64,000 nucleotides of DNA, taken from NCBI GenBank assembly GCA_018817715.1, contig JAHITT010000001.1, positions 34,690 through 98,689 of the forward strand, written 5' to 3'. The stretch's first letter is position 1, and the number at the start of each line of letters is the position of its first letter. Source of the stretch: Patescibacteria group bacterium (GTDB taxonomy: Bacteria; Patescibacteriota; Patescibacteriia; Veblenbacterales; UBA10138). Position numbers and translations under genes: made by a program. The notes beneath the pieces were generated by a model. The model ran no database searches and was not told where the DNA came from. It saw only the letters and a list, made by a program, of their open reading frames with translations. Of this stretch, positions 56,868-64,000 are shown in pieces.

Positions 56868-56962
56868 GTCCACCTTATTATTTATTTACAGTTATATAAT
56901 AACTGTAAAATATAAGGCGGAGGTGGATAACTTGCTCTTAAAGTATAGAATAGTCTATACTT
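56868..56962. promoter_or_regulatory. Operator-like palindromes upstream of the Xis-like HTH gene
   Basis: TTTACAGTTATAT-ATAACTGTAAA (56885-56909) nested inside TCCACCTTA...TAAGGCGGAGGTGGA. Second palindrome AAGTATAG-aatagt-CTATACTT at 56941-56962. Confidence 0.4.
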
Positions 56963-57037
56963 TAATAAAGATATCTAAAGTCTATCATCCAACATTAATC
57001 CAAAATATTTATTGAATTAATATCTAAAAAAATAATC

Positions 57038-57307
57038 ATGACCACTTTACCAATTATACGAATATCCATTAGTGAAGCTGCTCGCCTTTTTGGCCTAAAT
57101 CAAAAAACCATTCGCCAAGCTATTAAACTGGGACACATAAATTATGTAGTCGTGCGTGGTCGTTATAAACTTAATTTTGCCAGTGTTTTAGAATGGTCCC
57201 AATCTTCCACTCGTCGCCGGAATATTATGGCCAAAAACGGTTTAGGGTCTTATGTTGAGCAATGGAAAATTACTAACCGCAAATACTCCCCTCGCCCGCC
57301 AGTCTAA
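57038..57307 (+). CDS. Excisionase/AlpA-like (HTH_17, MerR-superfamily) DNA-binding protein
   Basis: LPIIRISISEAARLFGLNQKTIRQAIKLGHINYVVVRGRYKL is a typical Xis-family winged HTH. Basic C-terminus. Confidence 0.5.
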   Translation: MTTLPIIRISISEAARLFGLNQKTIRQAIKLGHINYVVVRGRYKLNFASVLEWSQSSTRRRNIMAKNGLGSYVEQWKITNRKYSPRPPV

Positions 57308-57486
57308 ACCCCTAACCATCCCCTGTGTATAACATAGGCTAATTCGTACGAATTAGCCTATTAGTTTAATGTTAAAATATTGATAACCGCGTACACATAA
57401 GTAAAACCACTATATTAAGGAGGGATGGCTTTACTTCAACTACGCGGTTTTAAAGTACCAACTTTTTCTAATTACTTTAAAATAAA

Positions 57487-57519
57487 TAAGCAGTGTCCTA
57501 GGTGCAATAGAACACTGCT
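57487..57519 (-). terminator. Terminator of the small-peptide cluster (AAGCAGTGT...ACACTGCTT + U-rich)
   Basis: 9-bp stem followed on the minus strand by TTATTTATTT. Preceded by a second hairpin CGGGG...CCCCG at 57545-57563. Confidence 0.45.
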
Positions 57520-57566
57520 TTGCGGTACTGTTACTGTTGGCGCTCGGGGTTATTTATGCCCCGGAC

Positions 57567-57701
57567 TTAATTTTTAATACCGTCATGAACTTTACGACGG
57601 TTAATTAATTTTTGGTTTGGCTTGTTATTTCCGCTTTTCATAAAAACAAAAAGCCCAACCAATATAACCAAACCAATTACAAAATACCAATGCCAATCCA
57701 T
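57567..57701 (-). CDS. Small single-TM peptide P2 (44 aa; MDWHWYFVIGLVILVGLFVFMKSGNNKPNQKLINRRKVHDGIKN)
   Basis: Below the 60-aa ORF-track cutoff. GGGGG SD 7 nt upstream. Starts 4 nt after the P1 stop. TM helix plus basic tail. Confidence 0.35.
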   Translation of the reverse strand: MDWHWYFVIGLVILVGLFVFMKSGNNKPNQKLINRRKVHDGIKN

Positions 57702-57705
57702 AATA

Positions 57706-57879
57706 CTACCCCCTACTTTGTTTGTTTTCAAATAATATCATTTTTGCCAATAAACCAAACGGCACAACAATTGGTAAATAAGCTAACCAATAACCACCCA
57801 GTTTAAAACCAATAATTATACCAATCCACAAAAGAATACTGACAAAAAATAATATTTTTAATATTTTTAAATTAGCCAT
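57706..57879 (-). CDS. Small two-TM peptide P1 (57 aa; MANLKILKILFFVSILLWIGIIIGFKLGGYWLAYLPIVVPFGLLAKMILFENKQSRG)
   Basis: Below the ORF-track cutoff. GGTG SD about 6 nt upstream. Hydrophobic. Confidence 0.35.
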   Translation of the reverse strand: MANLKILKILFFVSILLWIGIIIGFKLGGYWLAYLPIVVPFGLLAKMILFENKQSRG

Positions 57880-58094
57880 TTTTACACCTAATTTATTTGC
57901 CCCTACCTTAAACCCAGCCTAAAAAAATGTCAAATAAAAAAGCGGCTATATTAATTATAAATACGCCACTTTGTTTAGTACTTTTTATTTTATTTTTAAC
58001 AAGCAATCGACCCGGAATTGGGGGGAGAAATAGGTCGATTGCCTGGCTAAGACAGGGGCCAGCCAGATATCCCCTGTTTTCTCTCCTTTTCCCG

Positions 58095-58262
58095 TTAGGA
58101 GGTTGTTCTGTCCCTTTTGGACTGCCAATGCCACTTCCCAAATAAAAATGAATACTTAATTGCCATAAAAATAACCAACAAATTAAAACAAGTTATTATG
58201 ACTAAATAAGCATCATAAGCAATGTCAGCCAAAGAATTAAAAGCTGATAATATTGATTCCAT
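58095..58262 (-). CDS. Small single-TM peptide P4 (55 aa; MESILSAFNSLADIAYDAYLVIITCFNLLVIFMAIKYSFLFGKWHWQSKRDRTTS)
   Basis: GGAAGG SD and TAATG stop/start overlap with P3. This is the C-terminal part of the track's 98-aa ORF 58095..58391. Confidence 0.4.
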   Translation of the reverse strand: MESILSAFNSLADIAYDAYLVIITCFNLLVIFMAIKYSFLFGKWHWQSKRDRTTS

Positions 58263-58420
58263 TACCTTCCTTTTATTTTTGATAATTTTTTTGCGTCCCA
58301 ATAAAAAAATGAAAATACAAAAAATACAGTAAAACAGGATATAACAATACAAGAAACCAAGAGAATAATAACGAAATAAATAATTTCCCAATTAATTAGG
58401 TTAATCCAATAATTCCACAT
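58262..58420 (-). CDS. Small single-TM peptide P3 (52 aa; MWNYWINLINWEIIYFVIILLVSCIVISCFTVFFVFSFFYWDAKKLSKIKGR)
   Basis: Strong SD GGAGG 6 nt before the ATG at 58420. In a different frame from the track's 98-aa ORF (which has no SD). TM helix plus basic tail like P2. Confidence 0.4.
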   Translation of the reverse strand: MWNYWINLINWEIIYFVIILLVSCIVISCFTVFFVFSFFYWDAKKLSKIKGR

Positions 58421-58439
58421 TTTATTCCTCCGAACTATT

Positions 58440-58565
58440 TAGTTTATTTTTTAATTTATTATAATTTGGCAATTTAATTATTCTTACCAGGCCAATAATA
58501 ACTAAACACAGGGATAAAACTACTGTTGTAAATAGAACAATTTTAAAAGCTGGCTGAAAATTCAT
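58440..58565 (-). CDS. Small single-TM peptide P5 (41 aa; MNFQPAFKIVLFTTVVLSLCLVIIGLVRIIKLPNYNKLKNKL)
   Basis: AAGGAG SD 7 nt before ATG. First gene downstream of the 58.65 kb promoter. Confidence 0.4.
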
Positions 58566-58622
58566 TCACATCTCCTTTTTGGGTTTGCGAGTTTTTAAAG
58601 TATTTTTTGTTTTAAGTACTTT

Positions 58623-58651
58623 ATAATATCCACAAAAAACGCATTTGTCAA
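58623..58651 (-). promoter_or_regulatory. Sigma70 promoter TTGACA-17-TATTAT driving the small-peptide cluster
   Basis: Minus-strand TTGACA (58646-58651), 17-nt spacer, TATTAT (58623-58628), about 50 nt upstream of the P5 SD. Confidence 0.5.
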
Positions 58652-58695
58652 TCCTTTTCAAGGGATAAACTTAAATATTATAAATAAAAATTCTA

Positions 58696-58727
58696 TTTTT
58701 TGACGTCAAAAAATAGAATTCAAAGTA
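58696..58727. terminator. 28-bp perfect palindrome centred on GACGTC (terminator of the HtrA-like gene and/or operator upstream of the peptide-cluster promoter)
   Basis: TTCTATTTTTTGACGTCAAAAAATAGAA. On the minus strand it is followed by TTTTATTTAT. Lies 45 bp upstream of the -35. Confidence 0.5.
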
Positions 58728-58820
58728 ACTATAAGGAATTATAGTGATACCTCTTTAACCCACTCCTTAATAAGTAGAATATACCCTCAAGTTCAAAAAA
58801 CTTCAATACATCGACAAATA

Positions 58821-60077
58821 CTACTCGGAAATAATTATCAAATTCTTACTTACCAATTCATCCAAAGTAGCGTTAAGTTTAATAGTTTTTCCATCACGAC
58901 TAACTGTAAATTCAATTTTAGTGCCTGGCCGATACTGTTGTATAGCCGCTGATAAACTTAATCTATCTAAACGCTGATTATCTACGGTCAGAATAACATC
59001 ATTTTCTTTAAAACCAGCCGCTGCTGCTGGTGTTTTAGCAGTTACAGCTGATAATTTGCCAGCCGTTAATAAAATAGCGCCTTCGGCTAATTTTATATCT
59101 TCGGGAATAAAAGTTTTTAACCAATTACTTTGTGAATAAGCTACGCCCAACCTCGGCCTTCTTACCTGCTTATCGGCGAATAAACCGTCGATTATAGCAC
59201 CAATAGAATCAATAGGTACAATCGCCCGCCACTCACCTTCCCACTTACCAAGCAAACCTAAAACCTCACCACGAGTATTACTTATGGGCATACCAGCCAT
59301 ACCTTGTGGTATGGTTTGGTCCAATAAATATCTATCGGGTAAAACTTCCGAAGAGACTACTAAATCAGTCCGACTGGCTGCTCCCTTAGCTGTTAAACTG
59401 GATAAACGTCGAACATAAAAAGAAGGAACAATATTTTGACTATTCTTACCAACAGCCAACACAGTTTGCCCTAAAGATAAACCACCAGAATTAGCAAAAG
59501 CAGTCGCTGTTAAATTATTAGCTTTAACTTTAAGGTAAGTTAAAGGTACGGTGGGGTCGACTACTATAGCTTCCACGGCATGCACCGCGCCATCATCAGT
59601 TGAAACCACCAAATTTTTACTGGCCGTACTAACTACTGCCTGAGTCGTTACTATCCAACCATCGCTAGATAAAACCAATCCTTGTCCCAAAGATTCCGAC
59701 CACAAATAAGCCTGATCCAATAAGTCGGCGTCTTTTTTTAATTCACGAGCTACAAAAACTGCCACGACTGATTTACTAAAATAGCCAACTGTTTGCTGAT
59801 TAAATTCCGGTGATAAAGCTACCGTTGTTCTTACTGGCTTATCGGTTAAAGGCAGAGCCACACTTGACTGCCAAATATTTACCACAATAATTGCACCAAT
59901 AAACCCGGCTAATAAAGACATTATCACCACAACAATTAAACCGCCCCAACCAGCCAAACCTCGGCCTTTATCATTTTTAGGCGTCTTAAAAAAACGACTA
60001 TTTCGTTCGCGATAAATACTACGAACTTCTTTTTCGTAATCTAAATTATCATTTTTTTCTGATGTTGGATGAGTCAT
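58821..60077 (-). CDS. HtrA/DegP-like trypsin-fold + PDZ membrane protein with all three catalytic residues substituted (likely pseudoprotease)
   Basis: Aligns to DegP GSGVII..GYVVTNNHVV as GQGLVLSSDGWIVTTQAVV (His to Ala). DIAL region reads VPLT (Asp to Pro). GNSGGP reads GMAGMP (Ser to Ala). N-terminal cytoplasmic segment plus TM; C-terminal PDZ-like region. Confidence 0.5.
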   Translation of the reverse strand: MTHPTSEKNDNLDYEKEVRSIYRERNSRFFKTPKNDKGRGLAGWGGLIVVVIMSLLAGFIGAIIVVNIWQSSVALPLTDKPVRTTVALSPEFNQQTVGYFSKSVVAVFVARELKKDADLLDQAYLWSESLGQGLVLSSDGWIVTTQAVVSTASKNLVVSTDDGAVHAVEAIVVDPTVPLTYLKVKANNLTATAFANSGGLSLGQTVLAVGKNSQNIVPSFYVRRLSSLTAKGAASRTDLVVSSEVLPDRYLLDQTIPQGMAGMPISNTRGEVLGLLGKWEGEWRAIVPIDSIGAIIDGLFADKQVRRPRLGVAYSQSNWLKTFIPEDIKLAEGAILLTAGKLSAVTAKTPAAAAGFKENDVILTVDNQRLDRLSLSAAIQQYRPGTKIEFTVSRDGKTIKLNATLDELVSKNLIIISE

Positions 60078-60095
60078 AACTATTTTCTAAATTTA

Positions 60096-60932
60096 TTAAA
60101 ACCAAGCGGCGGTTAATAATACTAAAAATAAAACTATTAATAAAATTATTATTTCTTGAATATATTGGCGTTTATTAATAAAACCTTGAGCTTCCTGATT
60201 TAAACTTAAAGCCAAAATAATATAAATTACAGCCAAACAAAAACCCGATACATAAGAATCAAGGGGTAGCCACATCACTAATACAAAAGCTTGCAATTGA
60301 ATAAACAAAGCAGCTAATCCATAAGGCCAGTGTTTGGCCAATGACCAATTATTAACTTGCATTAAACCCCAAAACAAAAAAGGTAACGGACTAAAAAATA
60401 CAGCTAACAATTTCCAAAAAGAAACATCCAAATAAACCAAAAAATTATTAGCCGAAGCACCTAAAATAAAAACAGTTACTGCACCAACCACCATAGTTGG
60501 CATAGGTCCGGCAGCCCTAGCTAAAGCAAAAAATTTTTGAGCATGCCTTTGCCACTCGCTTAAATACCACCAAGACAAAGCCATAAAAATAAATAAAAAT
60601 ATTATTCTTTGCCAGGTATAATTAAAAAATAACCAAAGATTAAAACTCCCACTCCAAAATAAAAACAAAAACAAACTACCCGCTAACCAGGCAGTCAAAT
60701 AATCAATTTTAAACCAAAAAAACCAAACTAATAATAACAATAAAATAGACCAAACTACAGCTGTTAAAGGTAAAAAAATTGGTTGCCACCAAGTAACCAG
60801 TAAATCCAAAACCGCCAAAATTATAAAAAAACTAACCAATTTATTAGCCCAACTATGGCTACGAGTAGGTAATTGCCTAAACAGCAAGTTACTCCAAGAT
60901 GTTATTTGAAAAAATCTATTATTAAAAACCAT
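60096..60932 (-). CDS. Polytopic membrane protein (about 8 TM), unknown
   Basis: Very hydrophobic 278-aa ORF. Confidence 0.4.
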   Translation of the reverse strand: MVFNNRFFQITSWSNLLFRQLPTRSHSWANKLVSFFIILAVLDLLVTWWQPIFLPLTAVVWSILLLLLVWFFWFKIDYLTAWLAGSLFLFLFWSGSFNLWLFFNYTWQRIIFLFIFMALSWWYLSEWQRHAQKFFALARAAGPMPTMVVGAVTVFILGASANNFLVYLDVSFWKLLAVFFSPLPFLFWGLMQVNNWSLAKHWPYGLAALFIQLQAFVLVMWLPLDSYVSGFCLAVIYIILALSLNQEAQGFINKRQYIQEIIILLIVLFLVLLTAAWF

Positions 60933-60940
60933 AACTTACT

Positions 60941-61429
60941 TTAATCCGATTCATCAACTAATAAAGCAGTTAACTTAGATTGATATTCAACTAATTTATC
61001 AGAAGACATTTTATCTTGCTTTAATTCATCCTTTAATTTATCAGCCGTTAACATTAAATCCAAATGATGCGCTTGTTCTTGTAAGGGAACATTAAGAGCT
61101 AAAATTCCCTGACGTAACTCCTCCACCATTGCTAAATCCTCTTTATCCATTGGTTCTGCTAAAGTAAGTCTAAATTTATTTGTTAAATCAGTTAAACCTT
61201 TCTGATAAATTTTTTCCACCGGCAAAGCCGCTTCAGCAAATAAGGTAGCGACTGATTGCTGATTAACCACTGCTTCATTAGATTTAACTTTTTCCGCTGA
61301 ATTCTTAACAAAATAGTTAAACCAAACCAAACCGACCAATAATAAAATTACGGCTGCTACAATAATAAAAGGAGTAAAACGAATTTTCATAACTAACTTT
61401 ATTATAACCCCTAAAGTAAGCCCCGACAA
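60941..61429 (-). CDS. Bitopic membrane protein with coiled-coil ectodomain, unknown
   Basis: N-terminal TM, then charged helical region. Confidence 0.4.
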   Translation of the reverse strand: MSGLTLGVIIKLVMKIRFTPFIIVAAVILLLVGLVWFNYFVKNSAEKVKSNEAVVNQQSVATLFAEAALPVEKIYQKGLTDLTNKFRLTLAEPMDKEDLAMVEELRQGILALNVPLQEQAHHLDLMLTADKLKDELKQDKMSSDKLVEYQSKLTALLVDESD

Positions 61430-61436
61430 CCTTAGT

Positions 61437-61778
61437 CTAAGCCAATAAACCCATTTCGGCCACTTGAGCCAAAGAAACCTCCACCAATTCGCCTGATACT
61501 GGATGAGCCAATAAAACCCTAAGGGTTAAGGTGTGCTCGTTAGCATCATACTGATATTCTACAGTTGTACCCGAACCTATTCGTTTAGAATAAATAGTTT
61601 TTTTACCGATTATTTTAGGCGTACTTAAAAGTTCAAACCTCATTAAACCTTGGTCACTAATAAATTCCACATATTCCAAATGGCCTGCTTCATCGGCTAA
61701 AGCTTGCTTACCGCTTTGAGCCGCCGGAAAACGTTCTTTTAATTTGGCTGCTAAATCTTTCCAACGTTCGTGAGTCAT
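61437..61778 (-). CDS. Hypothetical protein (about 113 aa; start at MTHERWK preferred)
   Basis: No recognisable motif. The upstream part of the track ORF is a hydrophobic low-complexity extension overlapping the next gene. Confidence 0.35.
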   Translation of the reverse strand: MTHERWKDLAAKLKERFPAAQSGKQALADEAGHLEYVEFISDQGLMRFELLSTPKIIGKKTIYSKRIGSGTTVEYQYDANEHTLTLRVLLAHPVSGELVEVSLAQVAEMGLLA

Positions 61779-61812
61779 AATAATAGAATTAAGAATAAGG
61801 GATTTATAATAA

Positions 61813-62187
61813 TTAAAAATCAAAATTAAAAATGTGTTCCTTATCAACCTCATAAGTACTCATTGATTTTTGATGCTCTGGTGTATAAATTTTAGTAATA
61901 ACAAATTTACCAGTAGTCGTCCCTTTGGCCGCATTAATAGTTTGTTCTATTATTTGAATATGACCCCAATACAACCATTGGTTATTAACATTATGAACTA
62001 AAAAAACCCGAAGGGGTGCCGGATGAAATAATCTAAAACCTGGCTTATCAAAAAAAGAAAAAACTCGGCCAGCAAAATTATCAGCCGTAAAAGGTTTTTT
62101 TAAATGTTTTTTCAAATCTAATTCTTCAGGAAAACCCTGTTGACTAGTTAACTGTAAAGTGTCATTAAATTCTATTTTACTACCCAT
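61813..62187 (-). CDS. Hypothetical protein (124 aa)
   Basis: Conserved-looking core LVHNVNNQWLYWGHIQIIEQT...GKFVITKIY. No family assigned. Confidence 0.35.
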   Translation of the reverse strand: MGSKIEFNDTLQLTSQQGFPEELDLKKHLKKPFTADNFAGRVFSFFDKPGFRLFHPAPLRVFLVHNVNNQWLYWGHIQIIEQTINAAKGTTTGKFVITKIYTPEHQKSMSTYEVDKEHIFNFDF

Positions 62188-62202
62188 AATTAATTGTTTT
62201 AT

Positions 62203-63477
62203 TTATTCTAAATATTTTTTACCCTTTAAATTGTCTGGCAAATAATCTTGATCCACCGGCTCTTTAAAATCGGGGTTATATTTATAACCCTTACCATAAC
62301 CCAAATTTTTCATTAATTTAGTCGGAGCATTTCTTAAATGAAGGGGCACGGAATCGTCGATTGTTTTAAAAACATCCTCTTGTACTTTTAAATAAGCTTT
62401 ATACAAAGCGTTAGATTTAGGGGCTTTAGCTAAATAAACCGTAGCTTGGGCCAAGGCCACATTACACTCCGGCATACCCAACTGATGCGCCGCTTGAAAA
62501 GCGGCCACGGCCTGCAATAAAGCATTGGGATCGGCTAAACCAATATCTTCTGAAGCAAACCTAACTAATCGACGAGCCACATATAAAGGCTCTCCACCAG
62601 CTTCCAGCATTCTAGCTAACCAATACAAAGCCGCATTAGCATCGGAACCTCTTAAGGATTTATGCAGGGCTGATATTAAATTATAATGTTCTTGTCCGTT
62701 TTTATCGTATTTTAAATGGGTGCGCTGTAAACTCTGCTGAAGAACTTGCTCGGTTAATTCTGCTTGGTTATTTTTTAAACTGGATTTAACAGCTAATTCT
62801 AAAACATTCAAAGCTAAACGGGAATCACCGTTAGCTAAATTAGCTATATAATCTACAGCTTGTTCGACACCAGTTATTTTATAATTTCCTAAACCCCTTT
62901 CTTTATCCACCAGGGCCCGCTTTAAAATATTTTTTAAATTATCAGCTGACAAAGATTGTAAAACAATTACCCGAACTCGAGACAACAAAGCGCTAATTAC
63001 TTCAAAAGAGGGATTTTCTGTGGTAGCACCAATTAAAGTTATGGCACCGTTTTCCACATAAGGCAGTAAGGCATCTTGTTGGGCTTTATTCCAACGATGT
63101 ATTTCATCTACAAATAAGATAGTCCGAAGGCTATTTAATTTACGACGATCAATGGCCTGTTTTATTTCCGTGCGCAAATCGGCCAAACCACTACTAACGG
63201 CGGACATTTGAACAAAATACGATTGACTAACCGAAGCGATAATTCTAGCCAAAGTAGTTTTACCTGTGCCCGGTGGCCCCCAAAAAATCAAAGACGGTAC
63301 TTCGTCTTTCTCCAATAAACGCCTTAATAATTTATCTGGTCCAACTACTTCCAGTTGCCCTTCAAATTCATCCCAGGTTAACGGCCGCAAACGATCGGCC
63401 AAAGGAGCTTCCTTTTTTAACAAATCGTCTAAAGCGGCCTGCCATAAATCAGCTGAATTGTTTCTTTTGGTTAGCAT
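62203..63477 (-). CDS. rarA: Replication-associated recombination protein A (AAA+ ATPase MgsA/RarA)
   Basis: Walker A GPPGTGKTTLARIIA, Walker B LFVDEIHR, sensor and C-terminal MgsA domain (…LPDNLKGKKYLE). Confidence 0.85.
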   Translation of the reverse strand: MLTKRNNSADLWQAALDDLLKKEAPLADRLRPLTWDEFEGQLEVVGPDKLLRRLLEKDEVPSLIFWGPPGTGKTTLARIIASVSQSYFVQMSAVSSGLADLRTEIKQAIDRRKLNSLRTILFVDEIHRWNKAQQDALLPYVENGAITLIGATTENPSFEVISALLSRVRVIVLQSLSADNLKNILKRALVDKERGLGNYKITGVEQAVDYIANLANGDSRLALNVLELAVKSSLKNNQAELTEQVLQQSLQRTHLKYDKNGQEHYNLISALHKSLRGSDANAALYWLARMLEAGGEPLYVARRLVRFASEDIGLADPNALLQAVAAFQAAHQLGMPECNVALAQATVYLAKAPKSNALYKAYLKVQEDVFKTIDDSVPLHLRNAPTKLMKNLGYGKGYKYNPDFKEPVDQDYLPDNLKGKKYLE

Positions 63478-63650
63478 AATTATTATTTTAATTATACCAT
63501 GCCTGACTATATTGTTATTTACTTAAATTTACTTATAAATTATTAACTTATAATTGACAAAAAAGTATAAAAAGTGTATAATAATTCCAATTTAATACCT
63601 ACTTAAATCCCCTTAAACGTCTGGGGATTTTTTATTGTTTAAAAAATATC

Positions 63651-64000
63651 TTAAAAAAACATTAAATAACCCAATAACAAACTCAAAATCATACGATATA
63701 TTCCAAAAATAATAAAATTATGATTCTGAATATATTTGAGTAAAAATTTAATAGCCAACAAGGCCACAATAAAAGAAACAACCAAACCAATTAACAATAC
63801 ATCCACCTGCTGACTAATCAACCACCAATCACTTTTTAATAAATCCCACAAAGTAGCGGCAACCATAGTTGGCACAGCTAATAAAAAAGAAAATTCCACA
63901 ATTGTTTTACGCGGTAAACCAACAGCTAAACCACCAACAATTGTGGCTGCGGCCCTAGAAACACCCGGCACCATAGCAAGCGACTGAGCCAAACCAATCC
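63651..64000 (-). CDS. uppP: Undecaprenyl-diphosphatase (C-terminal portion; gene start lies beyond window end)
   Basis: AMVPGVSRAAATIVGGLAVGL...FSFLLAVPTMVAATLWDLL matches the BacA/UppP C-terminal half. ORF open to the window edge. Confidence 0.65.
   Translation of the reverse strand, partial: IGLAQSLAMVPGVSRAAATIVGGLAVGLPRKTIVEFSFLLAVPTMVAATLWDLLKSDWWLISQQVDVLLIGLVVSFIVALLAIKFLLKYIQNHNFIIFGIYRMILSLLLGYLMFF

Noticed and set aside
57425-57583. Plus-strand 52-aa Cys-containing ORF (MALLQLRGFKVPTFSNYFKINKQCPRCNRTLLCGTVTVGARGYLCPGLNF) with apparent AAGGAGGG upstream
   Set aside because: The SD core abuts the ATG (0-1 nt spacing), which is too close. The frame runs straight through the two hairpins that form the minus-strand terminator of the small-peptide cluster. 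There is no in-window support for a plus-strand promoter. More likely non-coding.
58095-58391. Track ORF of 98 aa (MGNYLFRYY...)
   Set aside because: No SD before its start, whereas the overlapping alternative frame starting at 58420 has a strong GGAGG SD and couples by TAATG to the downstream MESIL... ORF. Re-interpreted as two small genes (P3 and P4). The 98-aa reading cannot be excluded without conservation data.
1-64000. Diversity-generating retroelement, integron cassette array, or prophage with integrase
   Set aside because: No reverse transcriptase, IntI/tyrosine recombinase, TR/VR repeat pair or attC-like series was found on either strand. The paired palindromes flank only one gene.
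1-64000. tRNA, rRNA or tmRNA genes
   Set aside because: No GGTTCGA(A/T)TCC T-loop motifs, CCA-ending acceptor structures, or rRNA-like conserved blocks seen in any intergenic region. The 23S-IVS-family protein gene is not next to any rRNA sequence in this window.

Overview
This is an AT-rich bacterial chromosomal fragment with dense coding, short overlapping gene junctions and many GT, pilus and surface-protein genes. It looks like a small-genome, possibly Patescibacteria/CPR-like organism; that is inference from composition and gene content only.

Layout:
(1) 1-3.7 kb: dcw segment on the minus strand (ftsW partial, murD, mraY, small membrane protein).
(2) 3.8-13.3 kb: plus-strand type IV pilus operon. 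pilB, pilC, a 601-aa pilin-like protein lacking Glu+5, a canonical GFTILE prepilin, a PilX-N-like protein, pilM, pilN-like, pilO-like and a small membrane protein.
(3) 13.3-17.6 kb: NifU-like gene, then a tightly packed six-gene minus-strand operon of small hydrolases (C39-like peptidase, RBBP9/YdeN-like serine hydrolase, MazG-like, S51 peptidase-E-like, 2H phosphoesterase, AT-rich putative PD-(D/E)xK protein), plus an AT-rich island.
(4) 17.7-23.5 kb: rpmA behind a perfect consensus promoter, a ~300-nt GC-rich structured non-coding block, pyrG, rplI, acylphosphatase-like, ctpA (S41), murA.
(5) 23.5-44.4 kb: large surface glycosylation locus. PEGA/PD40 protein, rmlA-like, rmlD, FdtA-like ketoisomerase, rmlB, HIT, cupin, GT-C membrane proteins, 2x GT4, 2x GT2, DUF2304-like, GalE-like, metK, UXS-like, GtrA-like, S8 protease with FG-GAP repeats.
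(6) 44.4-58.8 kb: accessory-looking region.
- YerC/TrpR-like regulator flanked by two copies of a 40-bp perfect palindrome, with compensatory changes.
- Secreted proteins, one with a (PT)n linker encoded by 3x 30-bp tandem DNA repeats.
- A 1213-aa S/T/G-rich surface protein.
- A four-helix-bundle (23S IVS family) protein.
- An ECF sigma / anti-sigma-like pair.
- An Xis-like HTH gene with upstream palindromes.
- Five tandem small single-TM peptide genes under one promoter.
- An HtrA-like protein with all three catalytic residues replaced.
(7) 60-64 kb: four hypothetical genes, rarA, uppP (partial).

Two dispersed short repeat families and several strong hairpins/terminators are annotated. No rRNA, tRNA, CRISPR array, reverse transcriptase or integrase was found.
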